A program made the position numbers and the translations under genes. A DNA stretch of 64,000 nt, taken from an uncultured Verrucomicrobiae bacterium. Lineage in GTDB: Bacteria; Verrucomicrobiota; Verrucomicrobiia; Chthoniobacterales; JAATET01. Shown here one piece after another: positions 28,421 through 38,890 of this stretch. Location of the stretch: contig CAVRCI010000013.1 of the NCBI GenBank assembly GCA_963719495.1, positions 416,001 through 480,000 of the forward strand. Direction: 5' to 3'. The notes under the pieces are model-generated. The model was not told where the DNA came from. It ran no database searches and saw nothing but the letters and a program-made list of their open reading frames with translations. How positions within the stretch are numbered: the first letter of the stretch is position 1; every line of letters starts with the position of its first letter.

Positions 28421-29716
28421 TCAGCTCCGCGGCGGAGCGGTGATGGGCAGGACGACGCGGAAGTTCGATCCGGCCCCCGGAGTGCTTCGCACGCTCACGT
28501 GGCCACCGTGTGCCATGACGACGTTCTTGACAATGGAAAGCCCGAGCCCCGTGCCACCCGCGTCCCGGGACCGATCCTTGTGCACGCGGTAGAACCTTTC
28601 GAAAACGTGGGGCTGGTCCTCGTAGGGAATGCCCGGGCCGTCGTCCGCGAAGTTGATTTCAATCTCGCCGCCACGTCGCCGCGTCCAGACCCGCAATTCC
28701 CCTTCTTCCCGCGCGCCGTATTGCAGCGCGTTCGCGAGCAGATTGACGAAGACCTGCTCGATCCGCTTCGCGTCGACTTCGGCGATCTCCGCGTCGGGAT
28801 CGAACCGGATGTCGATGGTCATCTTCCTTTCGCGGATCCGCTCTTCGTGCTGATCGATCACGCGCCCGAGGATCTCGCGCAGACTGGTGGCCTGGCGTTC
28901 CATCTCGACGGCCCGGTTTTCCATTCGCGAAATGGTCAGAAGATCATCGATGAGAAAATTCAGCCGCGCCGCGTGTTTCTGCATCACCGCCAGCGACCGC
29001 TCCGCCATCGCCCGGTCGTCGAGCGCACCGTCGAGCAGCGTCTCGACGTAGCCGTGAATGATCGCCAAAGGCGTGCGGAATTCGTGCGATACGTTGGCCA
29101 CGAATTCCCGCCGCACCGCCTCGAGGGTTCGCACCTCCGTTACGTCGTTGAAGACGACCAACGCTCCGACCGGATGCGAGCCGCCGGATGGCAGCAGCGG
29201 GGCGACGTTGACGCGAAAATGCCGCTCCGGGTGTCCGGCCCCGGCCCGTGGCGGCGTCTGAAACTCCAGAATCAACGGCCGGCACTCGGCGATGGACCGC
29301 TCCACTCCGGTGAGCAGGCCGTGCTCGCGAAAGACCTCGATCACCGTCCGGTTGATCGGCGACTGCGTCAGGTCGAACATCGAAAACAGCGCGTCGTTCG
29401 CAAGCCGGATGCGCAGGCCCGGATCGACGATCAGAATCCCCTCCACCATGCTGGAGAGGATCGAGCGCAGCGAAAAAACTTCGTCCGCGAGTTGCCGCCG
29501 TTGCTCCCGGACCTGTTCGGACACGAGGCCGAGGTCGCGCGAGATGTCCCGGAAGACCGGCCGGGCCGAACGAATGATCGGAACGTTCGTCTCCTGCGCC
29601 CGCACCGCCGCCAGGGCCGCCCGCACGTCGCCGACGGGCCGCACCCACGCCCGCCACACCCACGCGGCTCCGATCACCAGCGCTCCGAGCGCCAGTCCCC
29701 AAGCGAACCAGGCCAT
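28421..29716 (-). CDS. phoR: PhoR-like sensor histidine kinase (TM-PAS-HisKA-HATPase)
   Basis: RREFVANVSHEFRTPL, NLLANA, FERFYRV.K.RSR..GGTGLGLSIVK. Confidence 0.85.
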   Translation of the reverse strand: MAWFAWGLALGALVIGAAWVWRAWVRPVGDVRAALAAVRAQETNVPIIRSARPVFRDISRDLGLVSEQVREQRRQLADEVFSLRSILSSMVEGILIVDPGLRIRLANDALFSMFDLTQSPINRTVIEVFREHGLLTGVERSIAECRPLILEFQTPPRAGAGHPERHFRVNVAPLLPSGGSHPVGALVVFNDVTEVRTLEAVRREFVANVSHEFRTPLAIIHGYVETLLDGALDDRAMAERSLAVMQKHAARLNFLIDDLLTISRMENRAVEMERQATSLREILGRVIDQHEERIRERKMTIDIRFDPDAEIAEVDAKRIEQVFVNLLANALQYGAREEGELRVWTRRRGGEIEINFADDGPGIPYEDQPHVFERFYRVHKDRSRDAGGTGLGLSIVKNVVMAHGGHVSVRSTPGAGSNFRVVLPITAPPRS

Positions 29717-30402
29717 CAAGTGTCCGCGACGCAGAAGCGATAGCCCTCGCCGCGCACGGTCGCGAGCCGGGCCGCGGCGTCACCGAGTTTCTCGCGCAAT
29801 CGCCGCACGTGTGTATCGACCGTGCGGGTATCGATCGCGTTCTGGTAGCCCCAGACGTCGTAGAGCAGCGTCTCGCGGGATTGCGTCTTCCCGCGCCGGT
29901 CGATGAGCAGCGTGAGGAGCTTGAATTCCGTCGTCGTCAGGTCGAGCCGCTCCCCCGCGAGCCGAATCTCGAAGGCGCTTCGGTCCACCAAAAAATCCCC
30001 CACTTCCACCTGCTCGGATTTACCGGAAGCGTGGAGGCGCCGCAGGACGGCCTGCACGCGCAGCACGAGCTCCTTCGGGCTGAATGGTTTCGTCACGTAG
30101 TCGTCGACCCCCAGCTCCAGCCCCTGCACGCGCTGCTCGGTCTCGTGTTTGGCCGTCAGCATGATGACCGGGATCCCCGCCGTTTCGGGATCATCCTTCA
30201 GCGCGCGGCAGATTTTTTCCCCCGTCATTCCCGGCAGCATCAGATCGAGCAGGACGACATCCGGACGTTGCTCACGCGCCAGCCGCAGTCCTTCGATCCC
30301 GTCGAGAGCGATGAGGACCTTGAACCCCGCCCGGTTCAGATTATAGCGAAGCAGATCGACGACGTCCTGCTCATCTTCGACTACGAGGATCGTATCCGCC
30401 AT
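29716..30402 (-). CDS. phoB: PhoB/OmpR-family response regulator
   Basis: VVEDE, LLDLMLPG, DDYVTKPFSP, RTVDTHVRRLREKL. Confidence 0.85.
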   Translation of the reverse strand: MADTILVVEDEQDVVDLLRYNLNRAGFKVLIALDGIEGLRLAREQRPDVVLLDLMLPGMTGEKICRALKDDPETAGIPVIMLTAKHETEQRVQGLELGVDDYVTKPFSPKELVLRVQAVLRRLHASGKSEQVEVGDFLVDRSAFEIRLAGERLDLTTTEFKLLTLLIDRRGKTQSRETLLYDVWGYQNAIDTRTVDTHVRRLREKLGDAAARLATVRGEGYRFCVADT

Positions 30403-30686
30403 GGTTCGGTCCTTCTACCCGCTGACCCGAAGCGGCGCAAGCTCCGCAAAATGACGGTTTCGCCTCGAAAACCCCCAAGCGTAAAAATGATTCGGGCCAC
30501 GTCGCGGAAATCCAGAAAACAAAGAAAAACTGAACCGCGGTGGCCCGAATCGCTGCCTTAACCGAGATGATAGACCCGCTGGCGAGGGCGGTGTTCAAAA
30601 TATTTGCCGGATTTTGTGATTTTTTCGGATGGAGCGCTGGGGTAGATGAGCCGGGTTGAAAACCGTAACCCGCACCGTGAGCAAGC

Positions 30687-31688
30687 ATGTTTAAGAAAAT
30701 TGGGGTCATGACCTCCGGTGGCGACTCGCCCGGCATGAATCCCGCCGTCCGGGCCGTCGTCCGCACCGCCGCCTCGAAGGGCGTGAAGGTCGTCGGCATC
30801 CGCAATGGCTACGAGGGCCTCTACTCGGGCGACCTCGTCAGCCTCGACGACCGCTCGATGTCGGCCATCCTCGAGCGGGGCGGCACGATCCTACAGTCCA
30901 GCCGCTGCAAGCGCTTCTACACCCCCGAAGGCCGGGCGGAAGCTCTGGACAACGTGGGCTCCTACGGTCTCGGAGGACTCATCGTCATCGGCGGCGACGG
31001 ATCGCTCACCGGTGCCCGCGAGTTGTCCCGCATGGGACTTCCGACCATCGGCATTCCCGGCAGCATCGACAACGATCTCTACGGCACCGACATGAGCATC
31101 GGGGCGGACACGGCCGCCAACACGATCATGCAGAATGTCGACAAGATCAAAGACACGGCGCGTTCCCACCGGCGCTGCTTTCTGGTGGAAGTGATGGGCC
31201 GCAGCTCGGGCTACCTCGCGCTCACGACGGCCATCAGCGCGGGGGCCGAGGTCGCGGTCATTCCCGAGTTCCGCGTGAACGTCGAACGCATCCTCGACGT
31301 CCTCCACGGGCGCTACGAATCCAGCCGGGACAACAGCATCATCATCCTCGCGGAGGGCGTCTGCGAGGCTCACGAATTCGAGGCTCGTCTCCACGCGGCC
31401 ACCGGGGATCGCGAGATTCTGCAGGAGGTGCGCAAGACCGTCCTCGGCCACGTCCAGCGTGGCGGCGTCCCGACGCACTTCGACCGTCTCCTCGCCAGCC
31501 GCATGGGCGAACTGGCCGTCATCAGCCTGCTCCAGGGCGAGACCGGATCGATGGTCGCCCTGCAGAAGAGCCGTATGACCGTTGTCGATCTCGACACCGT
31601 GATCGGCCGCAAGAAGCACCCCGCCCCCGAGTTGATCCGCCTTGCCCGCCATCTTCAGATCGAATTCGGAGACGTCGTCGAGGCGTGA
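30687..31688 (+). CDS. pfkA: ATP-dependent 6-phosphofructokinase
   Basis: TSGGDSPGMN, GGDGS, PGSIDND (ATP-type), EVMGR, LGHVQRGG. Confidence 0.95.
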   Translation: MFKKIGVMTSGGDSPGMNPAVRAVVRTAASKGVKVVGIRNGYEGLYSGDLVSLDDRSMSAILERGGTILQSSRCKRFYTPEGRAEALDNVGSYGLGGLIVIGGDGSLTGARELSRMGLPTIGIPGSIDNDLYGTDMSIGADTAANTIMQNVDKIKDTARSHRRCFLVEVMGRSSGYLALTTAISAGAEVAVIPEFRVNVERILDVLHGRYESSRDNSIIILAEGVCEAHEFEARLHAATGDREILQEVRKTVLGHVQRGGVPTHFDRLLASRMGELAVISLLQGETGSMVALQKSRMTVVDLDTVIGRKKHPAPELIRLARHLQIEFGDVVEA

Positions 31689-31710
31689 CGGCACCGGCCA
31701 TCACGGCGGC

Positions 31711-32130
31711 ATGACTCCGACCGATCCAAAGACCCACGGACTCCCGCATCGGGAACCCTTCGTTTTCGTCGACGAAATCACCACCGTTCAAGCGGGCGAG
31801 TCCGCGGCGGGGACGAAAACGTTCGGCCCCGGGACGGACTTCTTCCGCGGACACTTTCCGGGCGATCCCATCGTTCCCGGGGTGATCCTCACCGAGGCGC
31901 TCGCGCAGATCGCCGGCATCGCGGCGGGCGCGGCGGACCGTTCCGCGCGTTACCTGCTCTCGGGCGTGCGGGTGATGAAGTTCCCCGCGCCCGCCCGCCC
32001 GGGAGACCACATCGATCTCCGGGCCACCAAGGTTGGCGGAATGGCGGGCCTGCTCAACTTTGAAGTCGAGGCCACGGTCGGTGGTACCCGCGTCGCGCAC
32101 GGCCAGATCGTGCTGAGCCAGCGCCCGTAG
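31711..32130 (+). CDS. fabZ: FabZ-like 3-hydroxyacyl-ACP dehydratase
   Basis: LPHREPFVFVD, FFRGHFPGDPIVPGVILTEALAQ. Confidence 0.85.
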   Translation: MTPTDPKTHGLPHREPFVFVDEITTVQAGESAAGTKTFGPGTDFFRGHFPGDPIVPGVILTEALAQIAGIAAGAADRSARYLLSGVRVMKFPAPARPGDHIDLRATKVGGMAGLLNFEVEATVGGTRVAHGQIVLSQRP

Positions 32131-32196
32131 GCAGAGCGAGCGATCCGCGCACGCTGGCGGAGGACACCGCCCGAAACCACAGCGGGCCAGCCCCCT

Positions 32197-33192
32197 TCAA
32201 CCAGCTTCGTCGCCAGCGTCCGGTGCCGGAGCCGCTTCCTGCTGCGACTGGACCTCCTTCTCCAGGAGTTCCCCCACTCGGTCGACCCACTTCGACGCGT
32301 CGGGATGTTCGGGATTCGCCCGAATGAGGGTCAACATCTCGACCATCGCTCCACCCCGGTCATCCAGCACGTAGCGATCGTTCGCCCGCGACCAGTTCAG
32401 CCGTGGGAGCCGTTTGCGATTGAAATCCGATTCGGGATCCTCGCGCTCGCGGTCGGACAGCAAGTTCTTCTCCATTTCGAGCTGGAGATCCCAAGTGTCG
32501 GTGAGGCGCGCATCCTGATTCTCGCGGAGAATGGGCCGGATGGTTTTGTCGAGGATGGACTCCAGTTTGCCGGGTGCCATTTCCCAACCCGGCAGATCGG
32601 CGAAGAGTGGCTCGATTCGGTAGGCCTTCGCGAAGGGCGCGCTGCTCAATGGCTCTTCGGTCAGCTGCTTGATCCGCTCTTGAAGCTGCTTTTTTTCGTC
32701 TCTCTCTAGCCGGTCGTAATCCGGACTTGAATACAGCGCCTTGGCCGCAGCCGCCTCGCGGAGGTAGGCGACGATGGCCTCGAGGTTGGGTTCTCCCTCG
32801 GGTCTGGCCGCGCGTTCGAGGGTCAATTGCAGGTATTTGAGGTGAAGTTGAGCCGCAGCCCGGAACGCGGTGTGACTGAGAATATTGGAAGCCGATTTGC
32901 GCCAGTCCTGAAATCTCGAGGCGGCTCCGGGGCCGTTGCCGAATTGGTCGATGCGGACGGCGTCCACGTAGGCGTTTGAAGCCGCCAAGGGCGAGGCGGA
33001 GGCGGCCACGAGCTGCGACAGCGAGCGATTGAGCGCCGTCGTCCTTGCGGTGTCCTGGGATTCCCGGAGCGCGGTGAGTTGCTGGCGCAAGGAGTCCAGT
33101 TCGTTTGGAGTGAGCGGAGCCGATCCGGCCTGTGGCGAAGTCGCGACTGTCAGGAACAGGAATCCAAGGGCGGGGAATGCACGGGGGAACAT
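32197..33192 (-). CDS. Hypothetical exported alpha-helical protein
   Basis: Signal-peptide-like N-terminus; 331-aa ORF; no family recognised. Confidence 0.7.
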   Translation of the reverse strand: MFPRAFPALGFLFLTVATSPQAGSAPLTPNELDSLRQQLTALRESQDTARTTALNRSLSQLVAASASPLAASNAYVDAVRIDQFGNGPGAASRFQDWRKSASNILSHTAFRAAAQLHLKYLQLTLERAARPEGEPNLEAIVAYLREAAAAKALYSSPDYDRLERDEKKQLQERIKQLTEEPLSSAPFAKAYRIEPLFADLPGWEMAPGKLESILDKTIRPILRENQDARLTDTWDLQLEMEKNLLSDREREDPESDFNRKRLPRLNWSRANDRYVLDDRGGAMVEMLTLIRANPEHPDASKWVDRVGELLEKEVQSQQEAAPAPDAGDEAG

Positions 33193-33306
33193 GCGACCAC
33201 GCTGACTCCGTTTCTCCGAATTGTCCAGAGGTCGGCGGCTAGGCAGTCAAATCGAAGATCGATCATAAAAAATTGAATTTACGGACTGTTAGAATATAAA
33301 ATATGT

Positions 33307-34179
33307 ATGGATAGCCGACAACTCAGGTATTTTTTGGCGATTTGCGACGAGGGAACGTTCTCCGCCGCGGCCAGGCGGTTGGGTATTTCGCAGCCACCAC
33401 TCAGTTTTCAGATCAAGGCGTTCGAGCAGTCGATGGGAGTCCGATTATTCGACCGAAGTCACCGTAAGGCGACGCTGACGGCAGCGGGGTCCCAACTCCT
33501 CCCCGAAGCTCGCGAAATCATGCGGAGGATCGAATCCGCCGAGATGGCTTTGCGCGACGCGGGGGCGGGGCGGCAGGGCAACGTAAGCGTTGGTGTGGAG
33601 GACGGAGTACGATCAGAACTGTTGACCAAGCGCCTCCGAAAGTTTGCGCGGCGGCACCGCGGCGTTCGGCTCATAATTTCGATGCTAGACCGCAGCGTTA
33701 TCCAGGCTGGCGGCGATCGCTTCGACCTCATGATCGCGGGGTGCGTGGCCGGGGTCGACACTGGCGTTGGAAGAGTCATGGAATCGGTGGGCCTCGGATT
33801 GGCCCTTCCTCGCAAGCATCGGCTGGCTGGCCGGTCCAGCGTAGCCGCGACGGATCTGACCGGAGAGACGTTCATCCTGGAGTCGGCGGACGGATCCAGC
33901 TCGATCGACCGGGTTCTTCGAAAAGCCCTCCCGGGCGACGGCTTCACCTTCGACGATACTCAGATCCGCAGTCTCGAACAGCGTCTCTGGGCCGTGGGCG
34001 TGGGCTTGGGATTGAGTATCTGTAGCCGCGAAGAAGCCGAGGGAAGTCGTTGGCGGCTTCGATGGGTGCCGATCGAGCCAGCGCTGCCGCGCTGGGAAAC
34101 GCGGTTGATCGCAGGAAAGGCCAGCCGCGAAGCCGTCGTTCCTCTCCTGATTGACGAGCTCAGCAGCTCGCACGATTGA
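33307..34179 (+). CDS. LysR-family transcriptional regulator
   Basis: MDSRQLRYFLAI..EGTFSAAARRLGISQPPLS.QIK..E..LF.R. Confidence 0.92.
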   Translation: MDSRQLRYFLAICDEGTFSAAARRLGISQPPLSFQIKAFEQSMGVRLFDRSHRKATLTAAGSQLLPEAREIMRRIESAEMALRDAGAGRQGNVSVGVEDGVRSELLTKRLRKFARRHRGVRLIISMLDRSVIQAGGDRFDLMIAGCVAGVDTGVGRVMESVGLGLALPRKHRLAGRSSVAATDLTGETFILESADGSSSIDRVLRKALPGDGFTFDDTQIRSLEQRLWAVGVGLGLSICSREEAEGSRWRLRWVPIEPALPRWETRLIAGKASREAVVPLLIDELSSSHD

Positions 34180-34259
34180 TCCGAGCCATTGCAAAATTAA
34201 TCGAGTTAAAGCACTTCCATTCCAAAAAGGGAAAACCCCCCACTTGATTCGAATCTGCG

Positions 34260-36158
34260 CTACGAGCATGAATTCGAGGGCTCTCCCGCTGCGATTTCCT
34301 GTCGGCGAGCGCGTTCGATCCAAACGGCGAGCAACGCGAGATCGGCGGGAGTTACCCCGCTGATCCGGCCCGCCTGGCCCAGAGACCGAGGTTGAACGTC
34401 GGCCAACTTGTGGGCCGCCTCTCCTCTTAGACCTGGAAGGGCGGAGTAGTCGAAGCCAGGCGGGATCAGATCGTTTTCCGAGCGAGCCGCTCGGTCGATT
34501 TGTTCGCGTTGACGTCGGAGGTAACCGGCGTATTTCGTATCGTTTTGGACGGTAACCCAGACTTCTGCTGGAAATTTTCCTGAAAGTTCGCCTGGTAGGG
34601 CCTTCCAGTCGTTCTCCGGTCTTTTAAGCCAGGTTTCCAACGGGATCTGATCGAACCGGGTCGCCGTGAGTAACTGATCGAGTTCGCCAATCTGCGCGAT
34701 TTTTCTCCGGAAGGCGGCGGCTCGATCGGATGGCAGAAGCCCGGCGGCTTCGGCGATGCCGCTGAGCCGTCGATCCGCATTATCGTGCCGGAGGAGGAGG
34801 CGATGTTCCGCGCGGCTGGTGAACATCCGGTAGGGTTCCGGGGCACCCCGGGTCACGAGGTCGTCGATGAGGACTCCGATGTAGGCTTCGGAACGCCGGA
34901 GGATGATCGGGGACTCGCCCCGCGCGGCGGCGGCGGCGTTGACGCCGGCCATCAGTCCCTGGGCCGCGGCCTCTTCGTAACCGGAAGTCCCGTTGATCTG
35001 TCCGGCGAAGTAAAGTCCCGGGACGCGTTTGGTCTCCAAGGTGCCGTGGAGCTGGGTCGGCGGGCAGTAATCGTATTCAACCGCGTAGCCTGGTCGCAGG
35101 ATCTCCGCATCCTCGAGTCCTGGGACGCTGCGGATGAAGGCCAGCTGGACTTCGTAAGGGAGGCTGGTCGAAACGCCGTTGACGTAAATCTCGTCCGAAT
35201 GGCGGCCTTCCGGCTCCAAAAAGAGTTGATGACTCGATTTTTCGGCGAAACGGACCACTTTGTCCTCAATCGAAGGGCAGTAGCGGGGCCCGACTCCTTC
35301 AATGATCCCGGAATACATGGGTGAGAGATGGAGATTTTCTCGGATGATGTCGTGGGTTCGCTCGGTCGTGTGGGTCATCCAGCACGGGATTTGTTCCACG
35401 TGGAACTCGTCGTCTCGCCACTCATTCAGCGTGAACAGTTCCTCCGAACGGCGATTGAATTTTGAGAAGCCGAAGACCTGGGGACGCTCATCCCCGTCCT
35501 GACGCAAACACTGTCCGAAATCGATGCTGCTCGCAAGAAGCCGACACGGCGTGCCGGTCTTGAACCGCCCCACCTCGAACCCAAGCTCTCGCAAGGAATC
35601 GCTGAACGTTGAAACCGAATCGCCAAGCCGGCCCCCAGCTTGGTTCCGCATCCCGACGTGGAGGAGTCCTCGCATGAACGTTCCCGTGGTGACAATCACG
35701 GTCTTCCCGCGGAAGATCACGCCCATCGTCGTCTCGACCCCGACGACCCGGTCGGCCTCGACGAGCAAACCGCCGACGTTCGCCTGCTTGACGTCCAGAT
35801 TTTGGTAGCGTTCGAGCGTTGTCTTAAGACGGAATTGATAGGCTTTCTTGTCGCACTGGGCTCGCGGTGCCTGGACGCTCGGGCCCTTGCGGGCGTTCAA
35901 AAGACGGAATTGAATGCCGGTCGCGTCGGTGTTTTCACCCATGAGACCGCCGAGTGCGTCGATTTCGCGGACCATGTGCCCCTTTGCCAGCCCGCCAATC
36001 GCGGGGTTACAGGACATCTGACCAATGGTGTCGGCATTTTGGGTGAGCATGAGAGTTGCCGCGCCCTTTCGCGCCGCCGCCGCCGCCGCTTCGGCACCGG
36101 CGTGGCCCGCTCCAATGACGATCACGTCGAAATTCTTCGGATAACGAAACGAATTCAT
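34260..36158 (-). CDS. mnmG: tRNA U34 modification enzyme MnmG (GidA)
   Basis: [51 protein letters not shown]. Confidence 0.98.
   Translation of the reverse strand: MNSFRYPKNFDVIVIGAGHAGAEAAAAAARKGAATLMLTQNADTIGQMSCNPAIGGLAKGHMVREIDALGGLMGENTDATGIQFRLLNARKGPSVQAPRAQCDKKAYQFRLKTTLERYQNLDVKQANVGGLLVEADRVVGVETTMGVIFRGKTVIVTTGTFMRGLLHVGMRNQAGGRLGDSVSTFSDSLRELGFEVGRFKTGTPCRLLASSIDFGQCLRQDGDERPQVFGFSKFNRRSEELFTLNEWRDDEFHVEQIPCWMTHTTERTHDIIRENLHLSPMYSGIIEGVGPRYCPSIEDKVVRFAEKSSHQLFLEPEGRHSDEIYVNGVSTSLPYEVQLAFIRSVPGLEDAEILRPGYAVEYDYCPPTQLHGTLETKRVPGLYFAGQINGTSGYEEAAAQGLMAGVNAAAAARGESPIILRRSEAYIGVLIDDLVTRGAPEPYRMFTSRAEHRLLLRHDNADRRLSGIAEAAGLLPSDRAAAFRRKIAQIGELDQLLTATRFDQIPLETWLKRPENDWKALPGELSGKFPAEVWVTVQNDTKYAGYLRRQREQIDRAARSENDLIPPGFDYSALPGLRGEAAHKLADVQPRSLGQAGRISGVTPADLALLAVWIERARRQEIAAGEPSNSCS
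35392..35407. promoter_or_regulatory. parS site (inside mnmG)
   Basis: tGTTCCACGTGGAACt palindrome fits the parS consensus. Confidence 0.75.
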
Positions 36159-36164
36159 GGTCGA

Positions 36165-36180
36165 AGTTCCACGTGGAACA
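36165..36180. promoter_or_regulatory. parS site (cdd-mnmG intergenic)
   Basis: aGTTCCACGTGGAACa. Confidence 0.8.
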
Positions 36181-36182
36181 AA

Positions 36183-36578
36183 TCAGGTCCGATCCAGAAT
36201 CCCGGTGGAAGCCCGCGGCAGGAGTTGGTCCAGACGGAACTCCTCGCTCCTCCCGTCCACCGTTACCAGAACGACCCGCAGATTGGGGGCGAATTCCGCG
36301 AGAACCTGCCGACAGGCCCCGCACGGACTGACCGGCAACTCGGTGTCAGCGACAACCACAATGCAGTCGAAGTCGGTCTCTCCAGCGGCCACGGCGCTTC
36401 CGACCGCCACTCGTTCGGCGCAAATCGTGAGCCCGAAACTCAAGTTTTCGACGTTGGCCCCGGTGAACGTTCGCCCGGACGCCGTTCGCAGCACAGCCCC
36501 GACGCGAAACTTCGAATACGGTGCGTAAGCGTGCTCCCGGGCCGCCAAGGCAAATTCGGTCAGTTGTTGGTCGTTCAT
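36183..36578 (-). CDS. cdd: Cytidine deaminase (homotetrameric type)
   Basis: AYAPYSKFRVGA, GANVEN, CAER, SPCGACRQ. Confidence 0.95.
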   Translation of the reverse strand: MNDQQLTEFALAAREHAYAPYSKFRVGAVLRTASGRTFTGANVENLSFGLTICAERVAVGSAVAAGETDFDCIVVVADTELPVSPCGACRQVLAEFAPNLRVVLVTVDGRSEEFRLDQLLPRASTGILDRT

Positions 36579-37092
36579 GGCATAAAATTTAGACGGCTCG
36601 GCGCTTTTCAGGATATCGGATGCGGCGGCTGCGACCGGACCCATGATCCGAAAGGGTAGCCTAATCCACCGCTCGCGTCGAAGGAGAGAATCGAGGCCGA
36701 CAAATCAAGCGGATTCCAGTCGAGAATTGCCGCAGCGACACCGAGTTTGCTTCGACGCCTGGATTGATGGGAAAATTGAGAGCGAGATGTCCAGATTTGG
36801 CACCAGAGCACGGTGACGGCGAGGCGAGCCGGGGGAAGAGAACTCGTCCCAGCCTCGAAATCGGCGGAGGAGACGTCCCGATGGCTTATTTGCCGGCATG
36901 CGGCATAAATTTAAAACACTGACCCGCAACGAGTTACAAAGCATTCACGATAATTTGAAAATCCTCGCGGAAACCTCCCGCATCTGTCGCTCGGTCGGAG
37001 TCAATCCGTCTTCCGCCCGGGGAAAGGGTCTCGGAGGACCACGGCGACCATCCGTAACGGGAACTGAGCGAGTTGGGCGCGCGGATCCCATC

Positions 37093-37251
37093 AGTCTAAA
37101 TCCGGGAATGGACACGATTTGCAAGATTGAAAGGATTGAATTTCAGTCACTTCGAACCAGTCCCCGAGTCTGCCGCTACCCCAAAATGAGAACTGCTGGG
37201 AAACGCTCCGGTGAGGTTTTGCTGTTAATCTTTTAAATCCTGTCTCAATTT
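37093..37251 (+). repeat. Second copy of the MITE-like element; its core carries a motif shared with 20579-20609
   Basis: gtctgccg..accccaaaatgagaactgctg at 37168 and 20579. Confidence 0.7.
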
Positions 37252-37480
37252 TCTTCCAAGGATGGGTCGATCAGGGCGAAGCGACCCTCGTTCGGCGGGG
37301 CAACTTGCGGAGCCGTTGAAAAACTCGGCAGCAAGCCGAGCGGCGCAATCTGGTCCGCCTGCATTCCAAGTCCGGTCGAGCCGGGCTCCGAATCGCGGGT
37401 CTCCGGCGCATTCCTCGAGCCTCGGGCCTCGACCGATGAAGGAGAAGCCTCGGAGTCTGTCGCGGTTTTGGTTTCCGGAC

Positions 37481-38830
37481 CTAGAACAACATCAAGGCCG
37501 GGTTCTCGACCAGGCGGCGGAGGGAGGTCATGAACTCGGCTCCGACGGCTCCGTCGACGACGCGGTGATCGCCAGAGAGCGAGATACTCATCCGCTGGCC
37601 TACGACGATCTCGTCCTTCCCGTTGACGACGGGCTTTTTCACGATGGCTCCAACGGCGAGGATCGCCGACTGCGGCGGGTTCACGATGGCGTAGAATTGC
37701 TCGATGCCGTAGCTACCGAGGTTGGAGACGGTGACCGTGCCGCCGGTGTAGTCTTCGGGCTTGAGCTTTTTGCTTCGTGCCTTGCCGGCGAGGTCTTTCA
37801 CCAGAGCGCTGATCTCGCGCAGCGAGAGTTTGTCGGCTCCACGAAGGACGGGCGTGATCAGACCGTCGTCGACGGCCACGGCCACGGCGACGTTCACACT
37901 GTCGTACTGCATGACGTGGTCGCCACCCCAAGCGGCGTTGACCTTCGGGTTCTGCGCGGCGGCGTGGGCGACGGCGAGGAGGATGAAATCGTTGACCGTT
38001 GTCTTCGGGAGATCGGCCGCTTCGTTGGCGGTGTTCACCTCCTTGCGCAGACGCATGAGCGGACCGGCGTCGACTTCGATGGTGAGGTAGAAATGCGGAA
38101 TCTGCGTTTTGCTCGCGAGGAGGCGCTCGGCGATGACGCGGCGCATGCCGGAGAGTTCGATTCGTTTTTCGTCGCCTCCGGTGGATTCGAGTTTAATGGC
38201 AGCCGCGGCTGGCGCGGATGGTGAAGCGCCCGCGGTGCTGGTCGAGTCCGGGCCTTTCTTCGCATGTTCATCGACGTCTTTGGCAACGATGCGACCACCT
38301 GGGCCGGTGCCGGTCACTTCCGCGAGATCGACACCTTTGGCGGCGGCGATCTTCTTCGCCAGTGGAGAGGCTTTGACGCGGTCACCGGATTTTTTTCCCT
38401 TCTCGGTTTTGACGGCCTCAGGTTCAGCACCCTCGGGAGTCTTCGCGGAGTATTCGCGGTCTTCCTTGCCCGACTTTTCGTCGGTTGCTTTCGGAGTATC
38501 CTCCTCAGATTTCTTCGGCTGTTTGGATTCGACCGGTTTCTCGTCCTTCGATTTGGCTGAATCGTTAGCGGCGTCACCTTCCTCGTCTTCGTCGTCCTCC
38601 GACGCGATCTGCGCGATTTTGTCACCGATTTTGACCTTGTCGCCTTCCTTGACGAAGAGCTTGGAGAGCGTGCCTTCGTCGAAGGCCTCCATTTCCATGG
38701 TCGCTTTGTCGGTTTCGATTTCGGCAAGGATGTCGCCCATTTCGATGGCGTCGCCTTCTTTCTTGAGCCACTTGACGAGGGTTCCCTCGGTCATCGTGTC
38801 GCTCAACTTGGGCATGTTGATTACGGGCAT
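37481..38830 (-). CDS. pdhC: Pyruvate dehydrogenase E2, dihydrolipoamide acetyltransferase
   Basis: Lipoyl motif [10 protein letters not shown]3-binding [22 protein letters not shown]. Confidence 0.95.
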   Translation of the reverse strand: MPVINMPKLSDTMTEGTLVKWLKKEGDAIEMGDILAEIETDKATMEMEAFDEGTLSKLFVKEGDKVKIGDKIAQIASEDDEDEEGDAANDSAKSKDEKPVESKQPKKSEEDTPKATDEKSGKEDREYSAKTPEGAEPEAVKTEKGKKSGDRVKASPLAKKIAAAKGVDLAEVTGTGPGGRIVAKDVDEHAKKGPDSTSTAGASPSAPAAAAIKLESTGGDEKRIELSGMRRVIAERLLASKTQIPHFYLTIEVDAGPLMRLRKEVNTANEAADLPKTTVNDFILLAVAHAAAQNPKVNAAWGGDHVMQYDSVNVAVAVAVDDGLITPVLRGADKLSLREISALVKDLAGKARSKKLKPEDYTGGTVTVSNLGSYGIEQFYAIVNPPQSAILAVGAIVKKPVVNGKDEIVVGQRMSISLSGDHRVVDGAVGAEFMTSLRRLVENPALMLF

Positions 38831-38890
38831 CTTTTCGGAAAATTAGAAATTTGAAATGGGGAATGAGAAATGGTGAGAGCGCTTTCGCCC

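Noticed and set aside
27599..29743. 714-aa + strand ORF, and similar long ORFs (50097-51827, 51787-53541, 58903-60846, 60901-62550)
   Set aside because: Antisense shadows of real genes, expected in high-GC DNA; no family motifs.
36645..37090. Possible ncRNA, riboswitch or second origin upstream of cdd
   Set aside because: No recognisable RNA family signature or DnaA-box cluster by eye; an Rfam scan would be needed.
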